Notes: generated by a model not told the origin, from the letters alone. 64,000 nucleotides of DNA from Torpedo marmorata (GCA_977017645.1 OZ360253.1:25544001-25608000), one strand, 5' to 3'; shown: positions 46,864 through 60,957, counted from the stretch's first letter. Translations and numbers: made by a program.

Positions 46864-48267
46864 GTACAGATGCACCAAAATTCTTTCCTGCTGCATCCAC
46901 ACAGGTACGCAAGATACACCAATAGTATAAATTAATTGACCACAATATGCCAACAGAAATAAAAAGATAATAAAGATAAAAGGATAAATTCATAGTTGCA
47001 GCTAGTGCAAGAAACAAAAAGTGTGCAAAAAAACAAGAAACAAAAGTTGCCTTATGGTCTTATTTGGGGCTGAGCAGAAGAACGGGCCAATGAGTCTGCT
47101 CTGCCAATGATGGAAGGGCAGAGCAGACTCAATGGGCCAAATGGCCTACTTCTGCTCCTATATCTTATGTGCAAGAAAAAAGTAATGTGTTTTTTTTTTC
47201 CCAGTGTAAGATGTCAACTACCTGTTGCTTTCCTCAGAAGCTGCCTGACCCGCTGAGTTTCTCCAGCACCTTGTGCGTCGCTGATGATGCATATTTAAAT
47301 TCTCTATAATCTATTCTGAAACTTAAACTTGCCTCTCTGAATTATTGAACTGGGTTTTGGGGTAACCATTAACTTCGCTACGTCCATCTGAAGCACTTGA
47401 TGCAGGGGTGATGAAAGCAAAAGCCTGTTCCAGCTCCGCTTAATCCACCCCACCATCGATCAATGCCTCGCGTGTTCATAACAATTCAGAACTGGTAAGA
47501 TGTTAAATATATAAGCTTTCCTTCAATGCTGGCAGAATGTGAAAAATATCCACAGATTGTTCCTCCAGGTATAATAAATACTCATTACTTTACCTCTCCT
47601 GTACTTTATGTGGATTCATAAACCTTTGCATTTTAATAACAATAATACTGAGGAATTGGTTTGATAGAATTATTGCTGACATTTGAATCTGACCTCAGCC
47701 AGAATTACTCTTGTAATCTATTTGAAGGTAATAGAATCATTTTAACGCCCCCCCCCCCCAACAGATCAGAATCCCTGAAACCTTCACCAACTCTCATTTA
47801 GCTATAAGTCACTGTTCGAGTTCAGACTTGCATTTGACATTTCAAGTAATCCTCTCGTTTTCGACTTCAGGTTTAAAAAGAAATATCCTTCGGGGAAAAA
47901 CTGCCCCCCCCCACCCCTCACCTCCGCCCACTGGCGCCCTGTTGCTAAGTTGACACAAGGCCTGGTTATTTCTCATTTCTGTTCATGCATGCCTCAGTGG
48001 TGTCTCTTATAAAACAGGAGCACAATCTGTTTTAACGTGACATTGCTTTCAATTTTTTTGTCTCGTCCCTTCACTACGCAGTCAGAAAAATTAGGAAATA
48101 TTTGAGAGCGCCAAGCTTAAAAGCATTCAGAACAATATTTCTCCCCACAGAAGCAAAATACTGCAGGTAAATAAAACCTGAATTAACAGAAAAAAAACTC
48201 AGCATGTAATAAAAATGGAGCTCAACAAGAAAATCTGTAGAAGGAAGGGTCGAGTTCAACACACAAA

Positions 48268-48937
48268 TGTCAAGTCAAGTCCAGTTTATTGTCATCTGAT
48301 TGCACAAATACAACCCAACGAAACAGCGTTTTCTGGTCCTCGGTGCAGGCACACAACTAGACTTAACACACATAAGACAAATAATACATATGCAGGACAA
48401 GTATTCATATATACAAATAAATAAATATTGTTTCGTGAATATGAGAGTCTCAGATGGTTAGTGTGAGCAGTTCCTTTGGTCGTTCAGCATTCTCACTGCC
48501 CGTGGGAAGAAGCTGTTCCTCAGCCTGGTGGTGCTGGCTCTGATACTCCTGTATCTCTTTCCCAGCGGGAGCAGCTGAAAGATGCTTGTGCGTGGGATGG
48601 AAGGGGTCCTCGATGATTTTGCGCGCCCTCTTCAGACAACGATCCCGGTAGATCACGTCGATGGTGGGGGGAGGGGGACTCCAGTGATCCTCTCTGCCAG
48701 TCTTATGGTCCTGTGGATTGACCTCCGATCCATTTCTCTGCAGCAACCGCACCACACTCTGATGCAGCCGGCCAGGACGCTCTCGATAGAGCTCCTGCAG
48801 AAGGTGAACATGATGGCAGCTGGTTGCCTTGCCCGCTTCAGTCTTCTCAGGAAGTGCAGTCGCTGTTGCGCCTTCCTGACAAGTGAGGAGATGTTAAGTG
48901 TCCACGATAGGTCACTAGTTAAGTGAACTCCAAGGAA
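48268..48937 (-). mobile_element. Rex1 subfamily C, 5'-truncated
   Basis: FLGVHLTSDLSW..RKAQQRLHFLRRL..DRCLKRARKIIEDPFH; (CTTGA)n tail. Confidence 0.9.
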
Positions 48938-49574
48938 TGTGCAAGAGAAACTCCAAAAAAAAGTTCAAATTCATTGTCAGAGTAGATATGTGACATCACA
49001 TACAACCCTGAGATACTTTTTCCTGCGGGTGAGGCAGAATTCCTAATTACCGGGAACTGAAAACTATGCTCAAGAAGAAAGAAATGTCCACAAAAGAAAG
49101 AAATGTAAACAAGCTGACTGTGCAGGTTACGCTACAAACATAGGAAGCAAAGGGTAACCAATGTTTCGAGCCTGAGCCTTTCGTCAAGGTATGAGCAGAA
49201 ACAGGCCTAAGGATGGAAATAAAATGACATGATTTCATCTTGGCAGCCTTAAACCCACTGCACAAATATTGATTTTTCTAACTTTTAGCTTCCACTCTAA
49301 CTTTCCCCTCTTTTCACCCAATCGTCTCTTCCTCTACCTGCCTCTCCACCTCTCACACCTTCTATCCAACACCCTATCACCCCTTTGCCCCCTCCCCAGC
49401 TCCTTCCCTCCTCTTGTTTCCCCCCCCCTCGATATCACCCCTTCCAACTTTAATTTCAATAAAGGGTTGCGCCATAAAGCATTAATGGACCATATACAAT
49501 CATAGAGGTTAACTTCCTCCAGGTTCTCACTGCATACTCAGGAAATGAAAAGATATATGCAAATACTGGATCCA

Positions 49575-49870
49575 TAAAACCATAGAACTCTACAGCACAG
49601 ATAACAGACCCTTTGGCCATTCTAGTTTGTGCCGAACTATTATTCGGCCTACTCCCACTGACCTGCAATCATTCCATATCCCTTCATACCCCTCCCATCC
49701 ATGATTCTGTTCAACTGTTACTTAAATGTTAAAATTGAGCCCGCATTCACCACTTCAGCTGGCAGCTCGTTCCACACTCCCACCACTCTCTGTGCGAAGA
49801 ACTTCCCCCTAAACCTTTCCCCTTTCACACTTAACCCACGTTTTCTGGTTTGCATCTTGTTTGTATTAAA
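49575..49870 (-). mobile_element. CR1 3' end
   Basis: KFFAQRVVGVWNELPAEVVNAG. Confidence 0.8.
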
Positions 49871-49974
49871 TCGGAAACACAAACAGAAAATGCTGGAAAC
49901 ACTCAGCAGGTCAGGCAACATGTAAGGATGGAACGCAGAGTAAACGTTACAGGTTGAAAACGGACAATGAGACT

Positions 49975-50430
49975 TTGGAGTAAAACAAGAAAATCTGCAG
50001 ATTCTATGATTGCAGTTAAATACATAAAAGTGCTGGAGAAACTCAGCATCCATCGGAGGCAAAGATATTTAAGTGATGTTTCAGGCCTGAGCAAGCAGGT
50101 GTCCGAATAAAAAGGTAGGAGAGGAGGGAAGAAAGAGCAGGGGGAGGAGTACAGGCCAACAGCCAAGAGGCCACAGATCGACATGGATACGAGGGCGGGA
50201 GAGAAAAGCTGAGGATTGATCGTGGGGCGGTGGGAGGGGGAAAGCTCTGTGAATGCAGAGTTGGAGGAAAGGAGACAGAGGGATAGGGAACGAGAGAGAG
50301 ACAGTGCTAGAGGAAAGGAGATATAGGGATAGGGGAAGGGGAAAAACAGAGGTTGGGAGGGGGGGGGGGCTAACGGAAACTGGAGAAGTTGATGTTAATG
50401 CCATCTGTTTGGACAGTGCCCGGATGGAAT
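49975..50430 (-). mobile_element. Penelope-like 3' remnant
   Basis: Homologous to 6955-7320 (GTVQTDGININFS-type end, pyrimidine-rich UTR, gctcaggcctgaaac motif). Confidence 0.7.
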
Positions 50431-51169
50431 ACTTCGACTTGAAAGGCTAGCTCTCTTTATCTTTCAGATAAACAGATAACATCGTATCAGGTCATCAATG
50501 TTCAAAGCTCATTGGCCTGAAACGTTCACTCAGCTAGTCCTCCAACAGACCTGCTGAACATCGCCAGCATTTCCCGATTGTGGTTTCCAGTTGCAGCACA
50601 GAGTTTGCTGCGCAGAAGACTCTTCCTTCACTACCCCTTTCCCAATACACCTCACCTGACTGCTGTGGAACCGAGTGGGAAAGTTTCCATATGACCTACT
50701 GTACATGACATCAGGAAGCAGGATGGGTTTTATGAAAATAATAATCTTCATGGATGCCCATGAGATTTTTATTATTCACTATGAGCCTCAGAGCTCATTA
50801 TACACCTCCCTGGCCGTAACGTGCTTCAGGAGTAATTACTCCACAGTTGTGTATCGAGCCCAACAGATCCAAATTTTAATCCCCAATCTCAGCTCCAGAC
50901 AACTGCCATCATCTGATTTGTGTGCCCGAATAGAGGTGGAAAAGGACTGTCCCACAAAACTACAGGTCTCCACAAAGCCAATTGCAGTATGCTAGCAGGG
51001 AGAAGGTCAGAACACACTTGGGTAAAAATAATTATAATAAGCGACATCAGAATTTTAGGCTCTAATCACAGACTGGGACTTTATAGGAAGTTACCTAGGG
51101 GGCACCCAATTGAGCAGTAATTGGAAACAGGGAGGAAAGGGGGAAAAAGGCTCAAATTGTCTCACACAT

Positions 51170-51956
51170 TTGTGGACTTCAAGAAGGGAAAACCAGAGGT
51201 GTACGATCCAGTGATCATTGGGGGATCAGAAGTGGAGAGGGTGAGCAAATTTAAGTTCTTGGGAGTCACTATCTCGGAGGATCTTTCCTGGACCCACCAC
51301 ACCAATGGCATCGTGAAGAAAGCACGTCAGCGCCTCTACTTCCTCAGGAGTTTGCGGAGGTATGGTATGACATCAGAAACCCTCGCAGATTTCTACGGAT
51401 GTGTGGTGGAAAGTGTGCTGACCGACTGCATCACGGTCTGGTATGGGAACACCAATACCCCTGAGCGTAAAGCCCTCCAAAAGGTAGTGGACACAGCCCA
51501 GGACATCACAGGCAAAACCCTCCCCAACATCGAGAACATCTACAGGGTACGCTGCAGTCGGAGAGCAGCAGCAATCATCAAAGATCCACACCACCCAGCA
51601 CACGCCCTATTCTCACTGCTACCATCAGGCAAGATGTATAGGTGCCACATAACACGCACCACCAGGTTCAGGAAAAGCTGCTGCCGTGGCACCATCAGAC
51701 TTCTCAACAACAAACTCAATCAGGGACTCATTACAGGATTCTTTCTTTTGCACTTTATTGATTTTTTTTTTCTCTGTGTATTGCACAGTTTGTTTACATT
51801 TCTTTATTTGTTTACACGTGTACGTTGTGTACAGTTTTTTTTTGCACTATCAATAAGTGGTAATTCTGCCGCGCCCGCAGGAAAAAGAATCTCAAGGTTG
51901 TTTGTGATGTCATGTATGTACTCTGACAATAAATCTGAAATCTGATCTGAAATCTG
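51170..51956 (+). mobile_element. Rex1 subfamily B, 5'-truncated
   Basis: VDFKKGKPEVYDPVIIGGSEVERVSKFKFLGV..RFRKSC; tail. Confidence 0.93.
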
Positions 51957-52554
51957 CATCTGTCATTAACATCTCTCTAGAAGTCCATCCCTCTCCCCTG
52001 AACCAAACCTGCCGTATTATTTTTAACATTTAAAATTTTATTTACAACACGGTTAAAGTCAATTCTTGCCATTGAGCTCAATTAACCTACAACCCCGTAT
52101 GTTTTGGAGGGTGGGAGGAAACCGGAGAGCCCGGGGAAAACCCACGCAGGTTTTTATTGTCAGTGTCTTGAATCCTGCTTCCACAATTGACTTCAAAGAA
52201 AACTGCCTTTCGGAAGTGGATTACAACAGGCTACCATGACTAAACAGCGTGTTTAGCACCAGCTGAAGTGGGTTGAATGTTTAAGCACTGGAATATACTT
52301 CCAGATGGTGAAAACTCCAGAATCATTTAAGTAACAATTGGATGGTGTGATGGTGGAAATGTTGGAGTGAAAATGTATGACAGATGGACGGCTTCATCTA
52401 TTTTTATCTTGTGACTTTGTTGGAAGTTCATGTGTATGGATACAAATTTTAAAAAAGTCACACTTGGCTGTGGCAGTTCCTCAGAGCCTGGCCACTCGTG
52501 TCATCTGAGATCAATGAAACAATGTCTCCTTGGGCAAGCTGCTAGTGAAATAAC

Positions 52555-52795
52555 AAGTGAGGCAGCACTACGTCCTCTGAGGCAGAAGCCCGCGGATTGA
52601 AGCCTTGGCTTAGAAATGTGCACAGAAGTACAAGCCTGGCATTCCAAGTGTGTGGGAGTGCTCTACCACCAGAGGTACTGTCTTGTGGTCAGGGTCTCTC
52701 AGCTAAACCTTCCTATGATTCCATTTCAAAACGCAAGCATTCTTTTCAGTGATCTGGGGCCAATATTCACCCTTCATCCACGTCATTAAATTACT
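52555..52795 (+). mobile_element. Ancient Deu-domain SINE relic (SacSINE1-like)
   Basis: cact..cctctgaggcagaag..gg.ttgaag head and ggggccaatattcacccttca Deu-like segment; similar relics at ~2390-2500, 3040-3130, 15000-15240 and 36660-36840. Recognised from memory, not by alignment. Confidence 0.45.
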
Positions 52796-54409
52796 TTGCT
52801 TTCGGGAGCTTGATATGCACATATTGACAGCTGCTATTTTGCAGTGACCACTGGGACACTGACAAAAGTGAAAAATCTACACAAAAAACTGCAAATATGA
52901 CACCCAAGCAGAAAAGGCTAGAAACACTCGGCAGGTTAGGCAGAATCCGTGGAGAGAGGAAGTGAGTTAACATTCTGGGTCTGCGGTATTTCGCCAGGAC
53001 TGGAAATGCAGGTAATTTTGTTAACTCCAACTAAAGTAGGAAGGCCTGAAAACACAGCAAGTCAGGCAGCATATGTGATGAAAGAAATAGAGTCAACTTT
53101 TCATCATTGGTGTTTGTCTCAGCTTTGCAGCATCTGCAGTTTTTTTTGCTTCTGTCCCACTGGACCTGTGGTTATCATTCTGAACCCGAGTGAGACATCA
53201 ACCCATTTAACTCCTTGACAGCCACATACTAACTCTCACTATTGTCTTCATTCAAATCCTTGTGTGCTCTTTCATCTACCATTGTTCCCAATACAATGTG
53301 TATTGATGGTGAAATGCACCTCTCAATTAACTTAAGACACCCTCCTATTACCGGTGCTTTTAGCTTCTCCTGCTCTTGTTTCGCATTGCTTTTTACTTGA
53401 CAACAGACTTATGGGTTTTATCATATTATACATGCACTATAATTACAAGCTGTTGGTGCACGCCTGCAGACATGTGCCATCCTCAGGATAACGTGACTGT
53501 AATGTAATCTGCTGATGACATTGTAGTCATTAAGAAGATGGATTGCCTTTAAGGATAGGCAATAGTGAATCAAATTCACAGAATCGTACACCACTGAAAT
53601 AGGTATTTCAGGCCAATGAGTCCGCACCGACCAGTAAGCATCCATCAACACCAAGTTGTCAAGTATACGCAGAACAGTCCGGCGTGCATACCAACTTCCC
53701 CTCCATCGATTCCGCCTACATCTCCCACCATCTCGGGAAATCTACCAAAATATTAAAGCACCCACACCTCGGCCAATCTCTCTTCTCCCCACTTCCTTCG
53801 GGTGAGCTTCAAGACATGAAGCTCCAGATTCAAGGACAGTTTCTTTCCTTCTGTTATCAGATGTTTAAACAAAAAAAAATAAAAAAAAAAAAAATTCATT
53901 TGCACTGCTTTTAACTATACTTTTGTTGAAACCTACACTATGTTTCTGAACTTTTCTGCATACCCTGCATGACTTGACTTATTGTGACACTACTCCCTAC
54001 ACTGTTGTTTATTTGTTGCTAGGGTATTAACTGCTGTGTAAGTTGACTTGTCTAGACAGCACACAAAACAAGACTTTTCCTGAAACTCTGTGCATGTGAC
54101 AAGTCAATTTCACCCTGTGATGAGGGGTTCCATCTCCAAGGTTAGAGTGGAGAGGTTGTTCTCTGTGGAGCCGTTTAATGTGTGCAGGATAGTGAATGGT
54201 GCAGATCATGTCCGCAGAAGGAATCTGTTGCCATTCGCACAAGACCTGCAAACAGATATTTAAAGTTTTGCATGAAAGGTGCAAAGGCAACGTGATCTGT
54301 CACATGCATGACCATCGTATCATTGGAAAGACAGTGGCTGAAAGATACTACAACTGTGGGAATAGCCAGATAATCAGATTTTTTTTTTTTTAAATGCACT
54401 TTATTTATG

Positions 54410-54625
54410 TAAATAAAGGAAGGGGACGAGTCAGCATACAGGATGGAGATTGAAAACTTGGCTGAATGGTGCACCAAAAACAACCTTGCACTCAATGTCA
54501 CCAAAACCAAGGAGCTGATTGTTGACTTCAGGAAAGGAAAGCCAGAGGTATACAATCCAGTGATCATTGGGGGATCAGAGGTGGAGAGGGTGAGCAAATT
54601 TAGGTTCTTGGGAGTCACTATCTCT
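54410..54625 (+). mobile_element. Rex1 subfamily B internal fragment lacking a 3' tail
   Basis: EIENLAEWCTKNNLALNVTKTKELIVDFRKGKPEVY..FLGVTIS. Confidence 0.85.
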
Positions 54626-54807
54626 TAGAAATCTTGGCATGGCATGGCGACAACTGGCACATTGGACATCATGCTGACGAGGGATGCAAAGGATCAATAT
54701 TAATGCAGTAGAGAGTATAAAACAAGTTCTTGAAATCATTCTCCAAAGTCCTTTCTTAATATGGCAGTGTTTAAAATAAGTTTGAATCTACCAGGAGTGA
54801 GATTTCT

Positions 54808-55008
54808 TTTTAAATGTAGACATACAGCACAGTAACAGGCCCTTCCGGCCCAAGAGTGCATGCCGCCCAAATACACCAATTAATCTACAATCCCCGTATA
54901 CCTTTGAAGGGTTTGTGGAAGCCGGAGCAGACACGGGGAAAACGTCAAAACTCCTTGCAGACAGGGCCGGATTCGAACCCGGGTCGCTAGCGCTGTAATA
55001 GCATTGCG
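54808..55008 (-). mobile_element. HE1/V-SINE
   Basis: B box, partial V-domain, tail. Confidence 0.8.
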
Positions 55009-55929
55009 TATTTTGCAAGATGCCCATGGAGAACAAGGCCAAGTAAACCTCTATTTCATGACAAGTCACTAAGGGTGTGAGCTGCTCGTGAGCACAGCTA
55101 TTCTGAATGTACTTCCACACTTTAAATCAATCTGTTATTCCAGTCTGCACCAAAGGTTGGATAACCCAATAATTTACCAACCTCATGATCATTACAGAAG
55201 TCAATTTTGCATTTGTAAATATGCAACAACATACTCCCTTGAGTGGAGGTGCCAAGAAGCCAGTTTTGTTGCTCAGCAGATTGGTGACAGTCATCAAGAG
55301 ACTCAGTTCGAATCCAGCCAGTGTCAAACCATCCATAATTTATAGATGACAGAAATTTTAAAAAAGTATACCTCTTTAGATTGCTCCGCAGAATTCTTGA
55401 ACCCAGGAACTCACCTCTTTGTACCTGGAGGCTCAATTGGTTTATAAAATTCACTGGGGAAATAATGTCTCAGAAATGCCTCAGAATTCATTGCAATTTT
55501 CCATTCTCTTTTGCTTATTCATTATCAGTATGTGCTCATCACTGAAAATGCCCAATCAATTAATTGTTATTCATCCCAATTTTCCCCTGAACAGAGAAAG
55601 TGGCTGAGAACAAGAACAGTGGGGGTCTGGCATCACATTTGTGAGCCAGATGGGTATCTGCAATAATCAAGTCACCATCCCTGATGCTCTTACGTCTGTA
55701 CGTGGTTTTATTTCATAAATGTAAATTCTGTGGTGATACACCAAGTATGAGGTTCCAATCTAATACTTACCCTTATGTTGCTTTTGACAAGTTTGCAAAG
55801 GACAGGAACACCTCTGAGCAGGAGTTGTGGTTGTCATGGTGATGTGTAAGGGTGACTAAGGGTGGGGCAGTGCCACGTTGCATTGGGACCCAACATTCCT
55901 TCCTGACCCTATATCTCAAGCAGCTACAG

Positions 55930-57680
55930 AGTTCCACAGAATAGAAACAGGAACATTGGCCCAAAATTCCCTGCTCCCCATTTGCCTGAATTTTGCTCAC
56001 GTCCATTCAAACCTTTCCCATCAACGCACCTGTCCTCATGTCTTTCCAAACATTACAATTGTTCCTGCCGTTACACTTCTTCTAGCAGTGTGTCTACATA
56101 TCCGATATCTTCTGCAAAAACTACCTTTTAAATCTTCTCCACTCTCACCTTAAACCTATGTCTTCTTGGCTTAGATTCCCCTATCCTTGAAAAAAGGACT
56201 ATTTATTTCATCTTTTCCCCTTGTGATTTTATAAACCTCTTTAAGGTCCATCTTCAGCTTCTTCCACTTCAGATTTGAGATTTATTGTCAAAGTAGATTT
56301 ATATAGCAAACACCAGAGGACATCTGTACAAAGTGAAGGGAGGGAAGTTTAGGGGAGACGTCAGGGGTAAGTTTTTTACACAGAGAGTTGTGGGTGCCTG
56401 GAATGCCTTGCCAGGGATGGTTGTGGAGGCTGAAACATTAGGGGCATTTAAGAGACTCAGACAGGCACATGGATGAAAGAGAAATAGAGGGTTACAGGGT
56501 AGGGTGGGTTTAGTACTTTTTTTTTAAGGAATATATGGGTCGGCACAACATCGAGGGCCGAAGGGCCTGTACTGTGCTGTAGTGTTCAATGTTCTATGTA
56601 AGTACATACATGACATCATATACAACCCTGAGATTCTTTTTCCTGCGGGCGAGGCAGAATTACCACTTATCGGTAGTGCAAAAAAACTGTACGCAATGTA
56701 CACGTGGAAACAAATAAAGAATTGTAAACAAACTGACTGTGCAATACAGGGAGAAAAATATCAATAAAGTGCAAAAGTAAGAGTCCTTAAATTAGTCCCT
56801 GATTGAGTTTGTTGTTGAGGTGTCTGATGGTGGAGGGGTAGCAGCTGTTCCTGAACCTGGTGGTGTGAGTCTTGTGGCACCTATACCTCTTTCCTGATGG
56901 CAGGAGTGAGAACAGAGCGTGTGCTGAATCAAGTGGATCGTTGATGATTGCTGCTGCTCTCCGACGGCAGCGTTCCCTGTAGATGTTCTCGATGGTGGGG
57001 AGGGTTTTGCCTGTGATTTCCTGAGCTGTGTCCAATACCTTTTCCAGGGCTTTCTGCTCAGGGGTATTGGTGTCCCCATACCAGACCGTGATGCAGCCGG
57101 TCAGCACACTTTCCACATCACATCTGTAGAAATTTGCCAGGGTTTCCGATATCATACCAAACCTCCGCAAAATCCTGAGGAAGAAGAGGTGCTGACGTGC
57201 TTTCTTCATGATGCAATTAGTGTGTTGGGTCCAGGAAAGATCCTCCGAGATGGTAACTCCCAAGTACTTAAATTTGCTCACCCTCTCCACCTCTGATCCC
57301 CCAATGGTCACAGGATCATACACTTCGGGTTTTCCCTTCAGGGAGATGGGTCCCAGCCTAAACAGCCACTCTTTATAATTCAAGCCCACAGGTACCTCTA
57401 ACACTCTTGTGAATCTCTTCTGCACCCTTTTCATCTTAATGATATATTTCCCATGGCTGGGTGCCCAGAACTACACACAGTACTCAGAGTGTGGTCTCAA
57501 CCACTTCTGGTGCAGTTGTAACAAGGTGTCCCTGCTCCTGCACTCAGTGTCCTGAATGATGAAGGAAACTGTGCCAAACACCTTAAACCACCCGTGTCAC
57601 CACTTCCCTGGAGCCATGTACTTGTATTCCCAAGTCTTGCTGTTCTGCAACACTCTCCAGGGCCCGACCGTTCAATGTCC
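55930..57680 (-). mobile_element. Old CR1 interrupted by Rex1 B (56270-57340, -), itself interrupted by a CR1 3' end (~56296-56598, +)
   Basis: CR1 RPHSEYCV*FWAP..KRVQKRFTR joins Rex KGKPEVYDP; the Rex tail is split by a plus-strand CR1 fragment flanked by aagta. Confidence 0.85.
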
Positions 57681-57829
57681 ACCTGCAACACCACATCAGT
57701 GCCCTGTCCTCGACACTAGACCTCAGTTATCTAATGGGGCGCGAGTCAGGTCAGGCAGAGCTTTTATTTTACACCTGAGCAGATCTTTCCATTTCACATC
57801 TGGCCAGCGGTAACTATCTGTCAAGAACA

Positions 57830-58268
57830 GTGTCTAGGAAATGTATTGCTATAACTTGGAAATCAGATACAGACTTAGGAATGGAGAGATGGAACGCGGA
57901 AATTCGTAGTTGTATACCACTTGAGAAAATTACATATAGCTTAAGGAATAGATAACATATATTTTGGAAAATATGGCGCCCATATTTGCAGAGTGTTGGA
58001 ATAAATATTTAACCATTTCTCTGGTAACCTCAATCCTTTATTTCATGCTAAATATGATTTCTGGAAAAGGACTCTCTTGACAATCTTCATTCTTTCTTAT
58101 TGCATCTTTCATTCTTTCTTCCTTCTTTCTTGGGGCTTTAGAGAGAGGGGGTGGGAGGAGTGGGATTTATATATATATATACCACATGTATAATGGATTG
58201 GACTATTTTAAAGACTTGTACGGTAAATTCTATTTGGTGGTTAAAAAATAAAAAAATATTTTTAAAAA
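57830..58268 (+). mobile_element. L1 ORF2 C-terminus and 3' UTR
   Basis: KCIAITWKSDTDLGMERWNAEIRSCIPLEKITYSLRN..FWKIWRPYL; A-rich end. Confidence 0.85.
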
Positions 58269-58706
58269 TAACATCTTTCTCAAGCGGCACAGCAACAAAA
58301 TGAATTTCTACCCCAAAGACTGTTACCAGCTCACACACAGGAATTCAGATGTTGTGTTCAATTGAGAAAGCGTGTTCGAGGAACTTTCACTGCACAAGCT
58401 GCTGAAGTATTCAGTGCGTTGCTTTTACTCTTTGCGGAGTCTGCAGCAACATTTTGGGGAAAATTGAATAAAGGTTAATGGCAGCACAAAACGCAGAACT
58501 GTGAGGAGGAGTTATAACCTGATCTGTTCCAGACCTTCCAATTCACACATTGTTGATGGGGTCTGAAGTCGGCAGGCAGGATCACTTTGGTGCGGATGGC
58601 GTGGAGGTGATAATGACGTTGGAAATAAATTTAGCTCTTTGCAGGAAGACTTATGAGAGCAGGCAATTCCCCAAGATGAGAACAATTAGCTTCCTTCTAT
58701 TGCAGG

Positions 58707-59262
58707 CAGTGGCGTCACGAGGGTTGGTGTCACCCGGAGCGGTAACTCATGGTGTCACCCACCCCTCCCCCATGGACCACCTCCTGTACCAGACCATACA
58801 GAATCCTTAGTAATGTTTTTTGAACTAATGTTACTCGTAAATCACAAATGCTAATTACCACAATATTGTAGTAAAACACCAGAAAATTTGACAAAAGCAG
58901 CGACTATAAAAACACCAGCAGCAACGAAAACAACAGCGCGTGCTTGTAGCGAGTGCAGACGAAACCACGTGATTCGAAGCATCAATGTAATTGGGTAATA
59001 ATGACAGCTCTGACCGGAGTGCATTAGAAGGTTCAAAAAGTAAATTAGCGTAGAGTTTTAGCCTTGTTGGTATATTGACACATGTAAGCTGGGCTTACGA
59101 AAAACGTTTTTGTTGATATAACTAACTACAGGGATATTTTTTATAAAAAATAATAAATTTCTGCTGAAACACTGCACAAAAATTTTATAGACAGTCATTT
59201 TGGTGTCACCCCCTCTGATGGTGTCAGCTGGTGCGGTCTGCACCCCTCCAATGACGCCAGTG
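58707..59262. mobile_element. hAT non-autonomous element
   Basis: Perfect 8-bp TSD attgcagg; TIR cagtggcgtca / tgacgccagtg; subterminal ggtgtcacc motifs. Confidence 0.92.
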
Positions 59263-59572
59263 ATTGCAGGGGTGGGATAAATAAATAAACATGATTTAGT
59301 TGGAAACGTGTCTCGACCTTTCTGTCTCCAATGTGAGATGGCACTGAAAACTTCCTGATGATGAAGTGTCAGTCAGAACAATAATTGAAATGATGTTGGT
59401 CTGTGAATTGTCACTCACAACGTTAGATATTAAATTGCTCAGGAGAAACGCTTCAGGTTTGACAGGCCAACAAGTCATTCATTAAAATGTAAAGAATTAA
59501 AGGGAGGAAACCTACAAAGAGAAATCCTTTAGTTTCACTGCAAGGTAACAAAATTAATTTTGCTCCCTAATA

Positions 59573-60528
59573 CAGTAAAACCCTTGGTATCTGGAATTCC
59601 AGCAATCGGCAAAAAAAAAATTGAGGGTTAACCACTACGCGCGGTTGGCGTAGCAGTTCTGCGCAACGCTGTTACAGCGCCAGTGATCAGGACCGGGGTT
59701 CAAATCCCTCACTGTCAGTTAGGAGTTTGTATGTTCTCCCCGTGTCTGCGTGGGATTTCCCCGGTACTCCGGTTTCCTTCCACCGCTCGAAACGTGCCGG
59801 GGGTGTAGGTTAATTGGGTGTAATTGAGCGGCATGGGCTCATTGGATGAAATGGCCTGTTACTGTGCTGTCTGTCTAAATTTAAATTTAAATTTAAAATT
59901 TTTTAATTTAAATAAAAAATAAAAATAAAATAAAATAATAGTTAAAAAATACATAAGTTCAAAATTGTAAAGGTAAATGTACTCTGAAATAACACATAAA
60001 CCTTTGGTGAAGATGGGAGCAAATATTCAGCCAGTGGAGCGCCTTGGTCGTACTTTGCTCGTAGCAGTTGTTTGAATAAAGTTGTGTGAAACAGTAATGG
60101 CGTCGCCCAGGATGAAGAGCTGGTTGATGCCGCTCGCCGTTGTGGTGACTCTTTTAAAGTGTCTCCTTATCCCTGCTTAGTAAGAGTCACCCTGGTCAGA
60201 GGCTTTATCTGTAAACTTGGGGGAGGGGGGGGTTAACTATCTATAATGTTATTGTTCGTCTTTCGAGGGGGAGGAACCTGCAGATGCAGCGACGGTTAAA
60301 TGTTTTCAAAGACTGAAAATAAAGTAAAATGGTTTAAGGTTTATATATTCATGCAAGTGAAGTTTGTTCAGTGTAAGTACAGTATCGTATCTTTTGTCTT
60401 TTAAACTCTTTATTCTTAATGCAGGTGTATTAGTTAGGCATTGTGAGAGTAAGTCTCCAGCAATCGGAAAATACACTTATGCGGCATCTCCCAATCCCCA
60501 AAGATGCCGGATACCAGGGGTTTCACTG
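59573..60528. mobile_element. pogo/Tigger-type non-autonomous element with nested V-SINE (~59640-59900, +)
   Basis: TA TSD; TIR cagtaaaacccttggtatctgg / ccggataccaggggtttcactg. Confidence 0.88.
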
Positions 60529-60957
60529 TACTCCGCTTATTGCATCTCTCAATAACATGGATGTGTGAAGGCCCCTGTGTGTATCATCATCTGGCTGGAC
60601 ATGGTGAGGATATCTGGCTGCATTATTGCCCCTCATGACTTTATAAACTTCCGACAGGTTCTCCCCCACTCCCCACCCCTGCTCAGTCTGCTACCTTCCA
60701 CGGAGAAAAACCTCAGCCTATCCAGCCTCTCCTTATAATTCAAATCCTCCCTTCCTCGTAACACTTCAACACCCAACCCTAAGTTTTGATCAAAAGTGAG
60801 CTGGCATGAAAATTTTATTTATTATTATTTTAATATGTTTAATGCATAATTTTATTTATTTATAATGTTTTTTAAAAATTATTTGAATCTAATATATTAA
60901 TCAATTCTAATCTAATTATTTGAATCAAATTAATTAATCAAATAATTAGATTTATTA

